From the IMG/VR virus record IMGVR_UViG_3300027819_000006: 64,000 nucleotides of DNA; one strand, 5' to 3'. The position numbers and the translations under genes are program-made. Of this stretch, positions 48,462 through 59,376 are shown piece by piece. A model generated the notes under the pieces. The model was not told where the DNA came from and did no database searches. It saw only the letters and a list, made by a program, of their open reading frames with translations. The first letter of the stretch is position 1; the number at the start of each line of letters is the position of its first letter. The DNA comes from a virus. Taxonomy: Duplodnaviria > Caudoviricetes.

Positions 48462-50387
48462 TCATCCTCCATGTTCCCAGCGCTTGAGCAAATCTGTGAA
48501 ATCTTCAGATGGAGTACCAACTATACTTCTAGTGTTCAAAGGTATCAATTTAGAATTGTTGTTATGTATTCCCTCTTCCAATCCCCAATAGAAATCTGTA
48601 TTTCTGTCTGGCAATGACTGATGAATTACTTGATAGCTGAATGATACTTCTACTGTTTGTAGCATTCTTAATCCTCTTGTCAGCTCCCACTTCCCTGAAT
48701 GATCCCAGTTAAATGACAAGTTTCTTATGAATCCTGGAATTCTTTGAAATTGATCTCCAACAGTAATTCGTATCAGTGGTCCAGTCTTTATTCTTGATGG
48801 ATTTCTTGTATTGTCAAAAGAACCATAGGTTTGCTGCGCTAACCAGTTAGTTCTTTCATATATGTTCTGCAATTCTCTCATGCTTGAAGCAAATATAATG
48901 AATCTTAGGTCTAATGTTCTTTCTGTGTTTGTATATGTATATATTGGTTCTGTTCTTCCATAGAAAGTTTTAGATGACCAATTCGGATTGTACGATTCCT
49001 GTATAGATTGTAGAGCTGCTTGAAAGAAACAATATTGCTTGAAATCATCTCCATCTCTATTCTCTGTTTCGAATAGAAAAGGAAAATATTGATTTTCTAC
49101 AAATCCGAAATGTTCTAATTCATCAGCTGTAATTCCTAAATCTGCAAGTTTAAAGAATCCTTCAATTCCACCTATAGCTTCTATTAAATTAGCATTTTTA
49201 AAGAGAGATTTAGTATCGCTATGTATTACTGCTGGTAATAATTTATCTTGTGTTACATCTATGTTATTTATGAAACCTCTGTCTTGTCTGTCTGGATGCA
49301 AATATTTTATATCATCAGCAAAACTAAATGCTTTTGTAGTTCTACCATTGATATCTGTATGAGGTTCTTGTATATCTCTTATAGCTACACCAGCCATAAT
49401 TCCATCATTGAATCGCCTATTAACATAATTGTTTCCATTACCTATTCCAGCTTTATTATTTAGATATGTATTCCTGAACAGATTTTCTGCGTCATTTGAA
49501 CCAGCTCTATTAGTTAAAACATCCATTATATAAGAAAAAGAAGATGATTGATAATCTGTTGGCAGTAATAGATTCTGCTCTAATATAACTTCTAGAGGTA
49601 TCTTTCTCAATGTAGGATCTGGTGGTCTACTGAATCCTGGATTATAGTGAGGAGTATTAGACATCTCTGTAGAATTATTTGCTGCATTAATATTTGCTAC
49701 TAGTCTTGAAAGTTCTATTCTGTATATATTTTCTGGTATCAAACCATTTTTGTAATTTTGATCAATTCTTTTAATCAAAGCTTTATAATAGTCTTGTGTA
49801 ATTTTACCTGCAGGGACAGTTGATAATTGCCCTAATATTGTGCCCAAACTTGCTGCAGAATCAATATAGTCTCTAGATAATCCTTTGTCATCACTTTCTA
49901 CAGAATCTATCTTTTTCTGATAATCATTTCCTGGAATATATTGAGGAGTTTCTGTTATAACAGTATTACCAATTAATTTTGCATTCTTTCTATAAACATC
50001 TCCATCAACTAATATTCTGTCTTTACCAGTTTCTGTCCATCGATGATATAAATTGGTACTTTTAACAGTATTAGCAAATTCAAAATATACTTGCCAAGCT
50101 ATATCTGGATTATTAGGATAATTAGAAGTAGCTTTTTCGTATATTGCTTGACCTATAATTTTTGCTTGAGCAAAATCATTAAACTGATCTGTATAATCTA
50201 TACTGGGAGTAAAAGGATTAGTATCTTTGTTCTGATGTTTATCTAAACTTTCATTTAGATCAAACACATTATTTGATAGTATCTTATTAAATGCTTCTAT
50301 CAGAGAAAATCCTCTGACATCTAACTGATTCAGTGTATTCTCTGCTAATCCTCTAACTTCTACAAATTGATTTTTCAAGTTTGGCAT
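48462..50387 (-). CDS. tail tube initiator / baseplate-like protein
   Basis: C-term SYNPNWSSKTFYGRTEPIYTY.NTER, PLIRITVGD. Confidence 0.7.
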   Translation of the reverse strand: MPNLKNQFVEVRGLAENTLNQLDVRGFSLIEAFNKILSNNVFDLNESLDKHQNKDTNPFTPSIDYTDQFNDFAQAKIIGQAIYEKATSNYPNNPDIAWQVYFEFANTVKSTNLYHRWTETGKDRILVDGDVYRKNAKLIGNTVITETPQYIPGNDYQKKIDSVESDDKGLSRDYIDSAASLGTILGQLSTVPAGKITQDYYKALIKRIDQNYKNGLIPENIYRIELSRLVANINAANNSTEMSNTPHYNPGFSRPPDPTLRKIPLEVILEQNLLLPTDYQSSSFSYIMDVLTNRAGSNDAENLFRNTYLNNKAGIGNGNNYVNRRFNDGIMAGVAIRDIQEPHTDINGRTTKAFSFADDIKYLHPDRQDRGFINNIDVTQDKLLPAVIHSDTKSLFKNANLIEAIGGIEGFFKLADLGITADELEHFGFVENQYFPFLFETENRDGDDFKQYCFFQAALQSIQESYNPNWSSKTFYGRTEPIYTYTNTERTLDLRFIIFASSMRELQNIYERTNWLAQQTYGSFDNTRNPSRIKTGPLIRITVGDQFQRIPGFIRNLSFNWDHSGKWELTRGLRMLQTVEVSFSYQVIHQSLPDRNTDFYWGLEEGIHNNNSKLIPLNTRSIVGTPSEDFTDLLKRWEHGG

Positions 50388-50402
50388 TTTATGATTCTCT
50401 GA

Positions 50403-53400
50403 TTACGTTCTCGCTAATTCTTCAAATCTTTCACTGACAACATCTGCTACTTTTCTCCCATCCATATTTATTCTCATTGGTCTATTCATCAGAGCAGTAG
50501 AAAGTGTCTGTATATCTGCTCTTAAACCTTTTATTTCTAACAACATTTCATTATTATTTCCTGCTACCGGAGAACCTTTGCCACCGCCCCAGAGACCTTG
50601 TCTTACAGCAGATAGAGGAGTGATTACTTCTGGTCCATTTTCTCCAACATTGATAGTTTGTGGAGTATAGACTACTCCACCTGAAGCATAACCCTGACCT
50701 GCAGCAGATTGAGTTAGGTCCATTCCTCCTTTTTTGATAGCACCAGATCTGTCTTCTTGTCCCAAGAAACCTGAAGCAGCAATATCTTCCATTGACTGGA
50801 AGCCGTAAGGGAATAGTTGATTGGCTATAGGAACTAATTCGTCATTGTACATTCCATGACCAGGAACCCATGCAGGATTATGAGATTTTAGAGAAGCTAA
50901 TAGAGAAGAGTTCCAATCAGATTTGATTGTTAGTTTCTTTCTGCCGTCAATTCCGAATAGTTTTTTGCCTGCCCAGCTAGCAAGTTTACCCAATGGTTTC
51001 TTGAATACTTTCATAGCTATACCTGCGGCTTGTCCATAGGGTCCCATTGTCATTAATTTGTCTGATGCCATATCATAGCCTTTAGAAATTCCTGCTTTTA
51101 ATGCTCCTTTAACTCCACCTTTAGCAAAACCTTCCATCATAGAAGAGCCTATTTCAGCTGATGCTCCTCTAAATTTAGACATTCCTGTTTCTTCTAATCC
51201 GCCCTCTTTATTAAATTTACCAGTTTTAACTCCTCTTATTAAAGAGAAAAGCTTTCCTCCAGGCTGCGCTTGAGCAGCTAATGCTTCTTTCCAATTACCT
51301 TTATCTAATTGCTGCATTGTAATGTTACCAATAGCAGCAGCTTGAGCAGCTTGCCCCATCTTACCACCAAGAGCATCTATAGTTTCTTTGTCTAAAATTA
51401 TGCCTTTAGACATTGTCTGAATAGCATTTGCTTGATCTTTCAATAATCCATATTGTTTTAATCCACTAGCAGTCTGTGCCAACACATTATGAATTATACT
51501 TTTAGTATTTCCTATAGAAGAAGGAGAAAATGTTTTAGCCATTTCATCTACTTTTTTATTAAATTCTGCATCATCAATTTGTCCTGCAGCATTTTGTTGA
51601 GCTAAATCTTTATAATCAGAAGTAGCATACATTTTATTTCTTAAATCTAATATTTGTTTATTTGTTTTATCTAATGCTTTTATAGCTTCTTTTTGATTTT
51701 TAAATGCTCCAGATAGTATCTTATCTTGATATTCTGTAACCATCTGCTCTTCTGTTTTACCGGGAGTTAGATTGGTTTGTTGTCCTGTCTTATCTATATT
51801 AAATATTGATCCTGCACTTTTAAACAAATCTTTAAGGCCTTTATTTGGATCTAAAAGTGTTTCTTTCATAGTTTTTGTAGCATTTGGATTCAAGATATTA
51901 GCTGTACTTCCAGCAGCTTTCATCCAGTTAGCTGCTCCACCTTTGTGTAAAGCATTTCTTATATCTTCAACTGCTTTAGTTCCTCTATCTATAACTCCGT
52001 ATAATGTTGGACCAAGAATATTTTTTGCTATATCTTTAGCAGCTTGTTTCCAAGTTGCAATCAAATCTATTCCAGTATATCTTTTTACAGAATTTGCGAA
52101 ATTTCTTATTCCTTTTACAAAATTTTCAATTGATCTACCAAATCCATATCTTCCATTTCCAGAACCTCTTAATTCTCTTAGCAATTCTTTCTGATATCTA
52201 TTCTGTTCTTGCACATATTCTTTTTCTCTCTGTCGTATAGCTGCTGGATCTGCATAATCTTGCTGTGCACCCATAGAACCAGTTCTAGCACCTGTAATTT
52301 GTCCGAGTATTGCTCTTATAGAGGGATCTATATGGACTCCTTGTCTGCCTCTGCTTATTGGAGCAATTAAACCTCCAGAACCAAATTTATACCCGCTCCC
52401 AGAAGGACCTGAATTTCTTCCTAATGGGATTATTAATTCTGGACCAGCTTCACCAATAAGAGCTCTAGTGGGTTTGGTTACGAGACCTCCTTTAGCTAAA
52501 CCCTTTGGAAGAGGAATGGGTGTTTTATCTTTTGCATATCTATCATTATCTTTAGCTATTTGAGCATCCAAATCTGAATTATGTTTATTTTGAGCATCAA
52601 TACTTTGCAAGCTTTTCTCTATATTTTCTAATGTTGATTCTCCGCTAATTTTTCTAATTTTAAATATATCATTGACATCTGGAGCTTGTCCTTGAGGATT
52701 AACTCCCATATTACTTTTTGTTATAGATTCTCTTATTTGCTTTATCATATCTGGAGTGACATTCATGCCAGTCAATTGAGCTCTTTGAGTAGTTGCTTGA
52801 ATAGCATCTTCTAAATTTTTTTCAGTTTTGTCTCCTTGATATTTGCTAATTGTTTCAATTGCTTTTTTCTGTGAAGCTTCTTGTTGAGACCCAATTAACC
52901 ATTGCATCCAGCCAGGAAGTCTGTCATATAGCTGTTCAAACATGTGAGAAAACATGTCAGATATTGATTTTTCTAAAGCATTCAATTTAGGCGATTTAGA
53001 TAAAGATTCCCATATACTATCAATCCAACCTTTATTTTTATCCATTCCAAAAGCATCTTTCAATGCATCAGATAACTTACCTGCCATAGTTTTTATATCT
53101 TGTTCTACCTTACTAAAGTCCCAAGTAGCCAAAGCATTCATTACATCTTTTATTGAAGGAGCCCATTTAGAAAATATATCAGCTAAATTACTAGTTATGG
53201 GCTTTATTTTACTGTTTAGATACTGCCCTGCTTGAATAAGATACGGTAAAAATTTAGCTTTAACAGCATAAATAATTTCATCCCACCAAGTCATTGCATC
53301 AGACATTTGTTTTTCTATTGCAGCGTCTTTTGTTGCAATATCTTTCAAGCTTCTACCAAATATTCTTGACTGAGTAATCATTTTTGATAGATCAACAACA

Positions 53401-54731
53401 GACATTCCCATGTCATCAGCCATCAATTTTCTCTGTAAAGCATTCTTAGATTCCCAGATGCCTTGTATTTTTAACTTATCTAGTAGAGTCGTCTGCAGTC
53501 CTACTAAATCACCAGTCATAGCAAGTCTATGCAGAGTCATAGCATTAAAATTAGTGCCAGCAACTAAGTTTAATTCCATAGTACTTTCAAGAGCTGAGTC
53601 TAAAGTTAAAAACTTATTAGACAAAGATTCTACTACAGATAGATTAACTCCTAATCTCTTTGCATATACAGCAGCATTTGCTATATTTTTCCCAGATTTA
53701 TCTGAATACATTGCAACCAATTCTGTATGTTTTGCCACATCTTGCATTACATGATTGACAGAAACACCAGCAGTTCTAGCTTTGCCAGCTAACATTTTCA
53801 CAAATGAATCTATTTCATCATTACTTCTTCCAAGACCTCTGACCATTAAATCTAAAAATGATGCCATATCAGATTCAGCTATATTAAAAGCTTTAGACCA
53901 TAATGTAGCATTTTTTATTAGCCCAGTTACAGTATCTCCAACCGTGCCAAATTCTGACACTAGAGCTGCTGCCATAGTATTGACTTGATCTATATCGACA
54001 CCAAATCTAGCTAATTGTACATAGGTATTCATTGTAGCTTTGCCAACTCCGCCAAGCTGACTTCTCAAAAACCCAGTATTCTGTACAAGATCTGCCATAA
54101 CTTGTTCAGATTTCATCAAATTTTCTAAAAAGAATATAATAACGTTTGTTAAAGGTCCTCCAGTAGCAATACCTCCTCCCTTAGCAATATTTCCTATAGC
54201 TGAAAATAGTGAGCTTCCTATAGATTTTGCAAATTTTCCAAGTCCTTTAAGACCAGTTACAGCACCGCTGATAGCCGAGTTAAGCATTTTAGAACTTGAA
54301 TACATTTGTAGAGAACCTTTATACATCTTCTCTTCTAGTTTTCTTCTTGATTCATATACTCCCAATTCTTTGTCATGAGCTTTGGCCATGTCTTCTATTT
54401 TTGGTGCAATATTCTTTTCAAATATATTATTCCACTTTTCAGAAGCAATATTTCTTTTCTTCATGTCATCTACGAAAGTTTCCATAACCTTGTCAATCTT
54501 GTTCTGATGAGTCTCTTGAGCTTTTTTAATCTTCTCTTGAACTCCATGCATTCTAGCTTGCCAGTCAATGTCAGACTTCAGGAGCTTTCGTTTTGACTTT
54601 AATATTTTTTGCTCAAGCTCCATCGTCTCTTTTGCAAGATTAGACAAACCTTTTGCAGCCTTATAGCCAATCTCAAACTCACTGGCCATTTTCAGAGCTT
54701 CTGCATTTACTTTTTCACCAAGGTCTGCCAT
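50403..54731 (-). CDS. tail tape measure protein
   Basis: 1442 aa helical, A/G-rich; two GGxV..P....GE.GPE.I.PL motifs; follows the chaperone gene. Confidence 0.9.
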   Translation of the reverse strand: MADLGEKVNAEALKMASEFEIGYKAAKGLSNLAKETMELEQKILKSKRKLLKSDIDWQARMHGVQEKIKKAQETHQNKIDKVMETFVDDMKKRNIASEKWNNIFEKNIAPKIEDMAKAHDKELGVYESRRKLEEKMYKGSLQMYSSSKMLNSAISGAVTGLKGLGKFAKSIGSSLFSAIGNIAKGGGIATGGPLTNVIIFFLENLMKSEQVMADLVQNTGFLRSQLGGVGKATMNTYVQLARFGVDIDQVNTMAAALVSEFGTVGDTVTGLIKNATLWSKAFNIAESDMASFLDLMVRGLGRSNDEIDSFVKMLAGKARTAGVSVNHVMQDVAKHTELVAMYSDKSGKNIANAAVYAKRLGVNLSVVESLSNKFLTLDSALESTMELNLVAGTNFNAMTLHRLAMTGDLVGLQTTLLDKLKIQGIWESKNALQRKLMADDMGMSVVDLSKMITQSRIFGRSLKDIATKDAAIEKQMSDAMTWWDEIIYAVKAKFLPYLIQAGQYLNSKIKPITSNLADIFSKWAPSIKDVMNALATWDFSKVEQDIKTMAGKLSDALKDAFGMDKNKGWIDSIWESLSKSPKLNALEKSISDMFSHMFEQLYDRLPGWMQWLIGSQQEASQKKAIETISKYQGDKTEKNLEDAIQATTQRAQLTGMNVTPDMIKQIRESITKSNMGVNPQGQAPDVNDIFKIRKISGESTLENIEKSLQSIDAQNKHNSDLDAQIAKDNDRYAKDKTPIPLPKGLAKGGLVTKPTRALIGEAGPELIIPLGRNSGPSGSGYKFGSGGLIAPISRGRQGVHIDPSIRAILGQITGARTGSMGAQQDYADPAAIRQREKEYVQEQNRYQKELLRELRGSGNGRYGFGRSIENFVKGIRNFANSVKRYTGIDLIATWKQAAKDIAKNILGPTLYGVIDRGTKAVEDIRNALHKGGAANWMKAAGSTANILNPNATKTMKETLLDPNKGLKDLFKSAGSIFNIDKTGQQTNLTPGKTEEQMVTEYQDKILSGAFKNQKEAIKALDKTNKQILDLRNKMYATSDYKDLAQQNAAGQIDDAEFNKKVDEMAKTFSPSSIGNTKSIIHNVLAQTASGLKQYGLLKDQANAIQTMSKGIILDKETIDALGGKMGQAAQAAAIGNITMQQLDKGNWKEALAAQAQPGGKLFSLIRGVKTGKFNKEGGLEETGMSKFRGASAEIGSSMMEGFAKGGVKGALKAGISKGYDMASDKLMTMGPYGQAAGIAMKVFKKPLGKLASWAGKKLFGIDGRKKLTIKSDWNSSLLASLKSHNPAWVPGHGMYNDELVPIANQLFPYGFQSMEDIAASGFLGQEDRSGAIKKGGMDLTQSAAGQGYASGGVVYTPQTINVGENGPEVITPLSAVRQGLWGGGKGSPVAGNNNEMLLEIKGLRADIQTLSTALMNRPMRINMDGRKVADVVSERFEELART

Positions 54732-54818
54732 TATAAAATCTCAATTAAAATACATTTTGATCTAAAATAAATAATATGTTAGATAAACTTATTGCATAAA
54801 CAAAAATAGCCAAGATTT

Positions 54819-54980
54819 TCATCCTGGCATTTTTGATTGTTTTTCTCTTGCTTTATTTTCATCATCAATAGCTTTCTGCACCCTTTGGATATACCATTTT
54901 CTCAATCTAATAGGTATTGCTCTAACTTCAAAGAAACTAAGTTTGCAGTAATACGTACACTGGAAGATTTCTTCATACAT
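54819..54980 (-). CDS. 53 aa ORF, likely the -1 frameshift extension of the tail assembly chaperone
   Basis: -1 frame from T TTT TTC (55022-55016) is open into MYEEIFQ...KMPG*. Confidence 0.7.
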   Translation of the reverse strand: MYEEIFQCTYYCKLSFFEVRAIPIRLRKWYIQRVQKAIDDENKAREKQSKMPG

Positions 54981-55000
54981 CGATTCTACATATCGACTTA

Positions 55001-55864
55001 TTAGATCTGAGGCCAGAAAAAATTATTTGAGATGTTGACGTTAACTATATTTGTCGCTCCACATGAATTGCAAGCAAAATTCTGTTTCATAATAACATCT
55101 GGTTCTTGGTCATCTAAATATTTTCTGAAAGCTCTGACATTTCTCAGACTTAGCGAATCAACAAATCTATTAATCTGTCCTCTATTTGTATCACCATTAA
55201 GAGATAGAATCTGCTTCTTCAAAGTACTAGTTGTATTAGTCTCTGCTGCAGCACCTCTGACTTTTTTCATTGCATTTATTTCATCTGAAATCTCTTTGCT
55301 GTCTTGAGCAGTTAAAAACTTGAATTCTACTTTATTCTTCTTGTCAGGGAATTCATATGAAAACTTGTTCATACCATCTTCTGCAGGTTGCAGAGCTAAC
55401 ATGTTTATATTTAATTTAGACAGATCAAAGTTGAATTCTTTATTCAGCTCACCACAGTCAGGACATGTAACATCTACTGGATATTCTGGTCCATAGCCTG
55501 TGACTCTTATAGCTACCATCAGAGCATTTCTGTCTCCTAATAGTAATTGTTCAGGATGTACAGCTTTATTGACCATACAGCTTTTTAACAACTCATCTAT
55601 AACTCTACCAGATCTAATAAGAGACAGTGATGTCAATATATCTTCTTGTGGAGCTGCCATATGTTTAATTTCTATTTCTTCAGCATTATATAGAGTAGAA
55701 TCTTTAGAATAGACTAAACCTTTAGATGGTATTTGTACAAATTCTGTAGGAACTTTATATTTGTCTTCATTTGCAGCTAATAATTTTGCATTTTCAATTG
55801 CTTTTTGTCTTGCTAGTTCTTCTGGATCGCCAAATGACATAACTGGCGTCTTTTCATCAGGCAT
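55001..55864 (-). CDS. tail assembly chaperone / T4 gp26-like baseplate hub assembly protein
   Basis: IPSKGLVY, QEDILTS, GDRNALMVAIRVTGYG.EY, CPDC and CNSC pairs. Confidence 0.85.
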   Translation of the reverse strand: MPDEKTPVMSFGDPEELARQKAIENAKLLAANEDKYKVPTEFVQIPSKGLVYSKDSTLYNAEEIEIKHMAAPQEDILTSLSLIRSGRVIDELLKSCMVNKAVHPEQLLLGDRNALMVAIRVTGYGPEYPVDVTCPDCGELNKEFNFDLSKLNINMLALQPAEDGMNKFSYEFPDKKNKVEFKFLTAQDSKEISDEINAMKKVRGAAAETNTTSTLKKQILSLNGDTNRGQINRFVDSLSLRNVRAFRKYLDDQEPDVIMKQNFACNSCGATNIVNVNISNNFFWPQI

Positions 55865-55883
55865 ATAGCCTCCTTTATGTTTT

Positions 55884-56186
55884 TTAGATATCTTTTTCGT
55901 AGACTAGATTGTGAAACAGTTCTTCTACATTGTAGTTATCAGTTTCTTTTAATTCTGACAATCTTTTCTTTATCAGTTCTTCAATGCTTCTTTTGTAATT
56001 GCTACCCTTTCCATATTTCAGAAATGACTGTTTCATGATGTTAAAATTCTTTTTGAAGCTACTCTTGTCTAATATTGTATAGATTATTTTAGCATTCTTT
56101 AAATCTTTATATGGAGCAAATTCATGATTGCCAATTATTTCATTAATTTCTTCTTTTATGATCTGTCGGAGTTGCTTAGTAGTCAT
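55884..56186 (-). CDS. leader-tagged small protein
   Basis: MTTKQLRQIIKEE. Confidence 0.65.
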   Translation of the reverse strand: MTTKQLRQIIKEEINEIIGNHEFAPYKDLKNAKIIYTILDKSSFKKNFNIMKQSFLKYGKGSNYKRSIEELIKKRLSELKETDNYNVEELFHNLVYEKDI

Positions 56187-56222
56187 TATATTAACTCTAT
56201 TTTATTTTTTAACATGTTTTCT

Positions 56223-56855
56223 TTAAGCTGCTAATTTTAACATTTTATCGACAATATCCTTTTTAACTGCATAGTATTCTTTACAATTTATCAGTATTTC
56301 ATTATCAGATTTTATAGCTGAATAAATATCAGATTTTCTGTATGTATTTCTATATTCTTCAAAAAAATTGTAACCTTCATCATAACTAAAAATATACTTA
56401 GATCTTTCTTCATAATCGATTTTTTTTATTTTTTCAACATAATAAGTCGCGTAATCATATATTTCATCACTCCAACTGATATTGTAATCTCCAATTATGA
56501 ATATATTATACATGTCTCCATAAGTATAGGCTTCATCTAAATTACCTGTGCAAAATACAGAATTACTTCTATTTGCTTTAAATCCATATTTTTTCATTGA
56601 ATCATTAAACCCTTTGAAAAAATCTTGTCCAAGGCTACCAATATTAAGATCTTTTAATGTAGAACGATTTTGCAATATTGTAAACTTTAAAAAATCTCCT
56701 TTGATAACATTTCTAATACCTCTATATAGACAAAATTTCAAATCTTTTGAATTATATAGAAATTGCTGGCAATCTTTTTGAATGATATTATATATTTCTT
56801 CAGATCTAATATCTAATTTTAGAATATCATTTTCAAATATTTTTCTAAGTTTCAA
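56223..56855 (-). CDS. leader-tagged ADP-ribosyltransferase-fold-like protein
   Basis: GGAG + TTG start gives MKLRKIFE; CLYRG, SVFCTG, DNEILI. Confidence 0.6.
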   Translation of the reverse strand: MKLRKIFENDILKLDIRSEEIYNIIQKDCQQFLYNSKDLKFCLYRGIRNVIKGDFLKFTILQNRSTLKDLNIGSLGQDFFKGFNDSMKKYGFKANRSNSVFCTGNLDEAYTYGDMYNIFIIGDYNISWSDEIYDYATYYVEKIKKIDYEERSKYIFSYDEGYNFFEEYRNTYRKSDIYSAIKSDNEILINCKEYYAVKKDIVDKMLKLAA

Positions 56856-56859
56856 AAAA

Positions 56860-57315
56860 TCAGCTCCATTTCCATACATTAAGTTTTTTGAATATCAGAT
56901 GTAATTTTTCTAAATCTTCCTTTTCAAACAGCCCAAGCTTCACAATTTTCTTATATTGCTGAGCTTGTTTCTTGCCAGTCTCATTGAATGAAGCTTTGAC
57001 TATATAATTGATCTTTGTATTATCTTTTACATCTAGCTGTTTGAATATCATAAAATCAATCACTTTCTGCATCTTTTCATCTTTTTCATCGAATAGCTTG
57101 GGAACAGTTTTTTTGAATGTAACTTTGCTATTCTTAACAAACTTTACTTCATTCACTTCAGAACCATGCTTTTCAAAATATTTTCGTAATAGTCTAGATT
57201 CTTCTGGTGTAAAACTAGTATTTTGAATAGCATTTAGACTCTTAGGTTTTTCTACAGCATCTATTTCTTCTTTTATGATTTGTCGAATAAGTTGTAAAAA
57301 CTTATTTTCATTCAT
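56860..57315 (-). CDS. leader-tagged small protein
   Basis: MNENKFLQLIRQIIKEE. Confidence 0.65.
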   Translation of the reverse strand: MNENKFLQLIRQIIKEEIDAVEKPKSLNAIQNTSFTPEESRLLRKYFEKHGSEVNEVKFVKNSKVTFKKTVPKLFDEKDEKMQKVIDFMIFKQLDVKDNTKINYIVKASFNETGKKQAQQYKKIVKLGLFEKEDLEKLHLIFKKLNVWKWS

Positions 57316-57371
57316 ATTTTGATCTCCTTAATTGTTCAATTTATATAACTTATTTGTTAATAATAATTTGA

Positions 57372-58509
57372 TTAAACTATTGATTTCAATAGCTCATGTA
57401 TTTTTTCAGGTTTCTGTTTTAAATCTTTTTCCCAAATTATCTCTACTTTATAACCATCATCTTTAATTCTGTTTATTCTGATAGTATCTTTTTCTCTAAT
57501 TTCTTTTACTGTCATTTTTGATTGATTTATATAGAAGCTTTCTACATACATCTCTGGATTTCCATGCCAATAATTTCCAAATATCTCTATAACACAATTT
57601 TTACTTTTTATATAGAAATCAACCAAACTTTTAGAAACCCAGTGTTGCCATATTATGTCATCTTTGTCAAAGTATTTAAGTAGAAAATTTTCATAAAAAT
57701 AAGTTTCTAGTTTATTAAACTTAAATTTTGATTTATATTTTTGTAGATTGACACCTATTAATCTGAATTTTTCGACATTTTCAGGATTAGAAAAATATAA
57801 ATCACTAGCTATTTTAAGATTCTTAATGTGTTCTTCAGATTTAGGACCTTTCATTTTATGAGACCAAGTTATTTCTCTGCCTTTAAGTTTTTCAGATATT
57901 TTTTTTACATTCTCGTTAGTCTCTTTAGTTTCACCCTTATTCCATACTACTAATTCTCCACTTTCATACATCTCTCTTTGAGTTTCTTTTGATTTCTTCT
58001 GCGCTTCTTCGTTGTGACCCCAATTGTTCTTCACTCTAGATATATGTCCTCTAATGTATCTTTTGTCGCCAACTTTGTATTGATATTTGTATGAAAACAA
58101 ACTATCGATTTTTTCTCCACATCCACAAGAACAAGTTGGCCAAACTCCATCTAGACAATAGTCTACATAAAATTGATGATAACTTATTTGATGAATTCTA
58201 GTATTATGTTTAGCTAATGATATTAGAGTTATGTATTCTTTTGGACAAGATTTACACTTAAAATCTTTTTTAATATTTTTTACTGATCTCATACTATGAT
58301 TTAAATTATAGATACCCTTTGGATCATGTAAATCTTGTCCACAACCACATTTACATTTAGGATACTCGCCATTAAAATAAAAATCTATATAGAATTTTCT
58401 AGAATCTATTTTATGAGATCGTGTCATATGATACTGTAAAGATCTGTATGTTTTAAAAATTTTCATGCGTACACATTTTACATCTAAATTCTGCTTCTTC
58501 TGTTTGCAT
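57372..58509 (-). pseudogene. free-standing C2H2/NUMOD3/DUF559-type endonuclease with a 5' frameshift near 58460
   Basis: AAGGAG + ATG at 58509 gives MQTEEAEFRCKMCTHE, which joins IFKTYRSLQYHMTRSH only after a +1 shift; C-term VDFYIKSKNCVIEIFGNYWH. May still be expressed from ATG 58466. Confidence 0.65.
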
Positions 58510-58602
58510 TTTTAAGCTCCTTTGTTTTGTATATTAATAAATATACAATGAGAAACTTCAAAATACATATGATCAAGTAATCTTATATAAATTTTAATAA
58601 AA

Positions 58603-59376
58603 TTAAAAGTTGAGCAAAGCCTGGTCGTAGCGCAGCTGTATATCGACAGTCGCAGCTTCTGCAGTTGACATATCTAAGTCGCCGAATGCAGCATTTGTAA
58701 TCCATGCTCCTCTCATTTGCCATTTCTCTACTTCTGCTCCAACTGGATCATATAGAGACAGTTCAATAGTTTTCTTGTAGAATGCAGCATAACCAGCTCT
58801 ACCAGTGATAGTTTCAAAGCTTAGTCTGATCCATTCCATTACTTTTTGAGAAGCAGAAGGTGAAATTGGATCATATAGACCAATTGTAATTTGATCCCAT
58901 TCTGCTTTACCAGCAATATATCTTTTGCTGTTCAAGAAGTCTATTGTGATAGGTTCAATGTTGATTGTGGGTCTGGTTGCAGTTCTAGCTATATATGAAG
59001 GAATCATTTCTCCTCCACCTATATCAAAGCTGAACAGCCATCTATTTTTTCTTTTCAGTGATTATTATCTTGATAGCATTTAACTATCAATTCTAATAGT
59101 TTTTATTCCTATTAGCTTGGACTATATCATCAATTATACCAATTTATACATGTTTATACTAACAATGATGTATAAATTGTTATAAATGTTGGTCTTTCTT
59201 GGAAGTATTATTGCAACTTCTAGTCTCTGAACTTTCTACTTTGTGTGTAGCTTAGCTGCTGATTGCCATTTCTCAGGTTCCCAGCAATTTGACCAATTTA
59301 ACGAGTCCAATTAGAATTTAGGCTCGAATGCATCTGGCAGCATTTGTGCTACTGTCAGAGGTGATGGTAATGACAT
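58603..59376 (-). CDS. tail tube protein (gp19-like), 169 aa after splicing (exons 59376-59320, 59055-58603)
   Basis: spliced MSLPSPLTVAQMLPDAFEP|KRKNRWLFSF; WDQITIGLYDPI, GRAGYAAFYKK, EKWQMRGAW. Confidence 0.9.
59056..59319 (-). ncRNA. group I intron (264 nt, no ORF)
   Basis: exon ends U with U-G in P1; P AAATTGCTGGGAA, Q AATCAGCAG, R GTTCAGAGACTAG, S GATATAGTCC; terminal G. Confidence 0.92.

Noticed and set aside
3225-57226. Plus-strand ORFs in the track opposite minus-strand genes
   Set aside because: Antisense shadows rich in F/L/S/I, fully overlapping well-supported genes, with no SD or motifs
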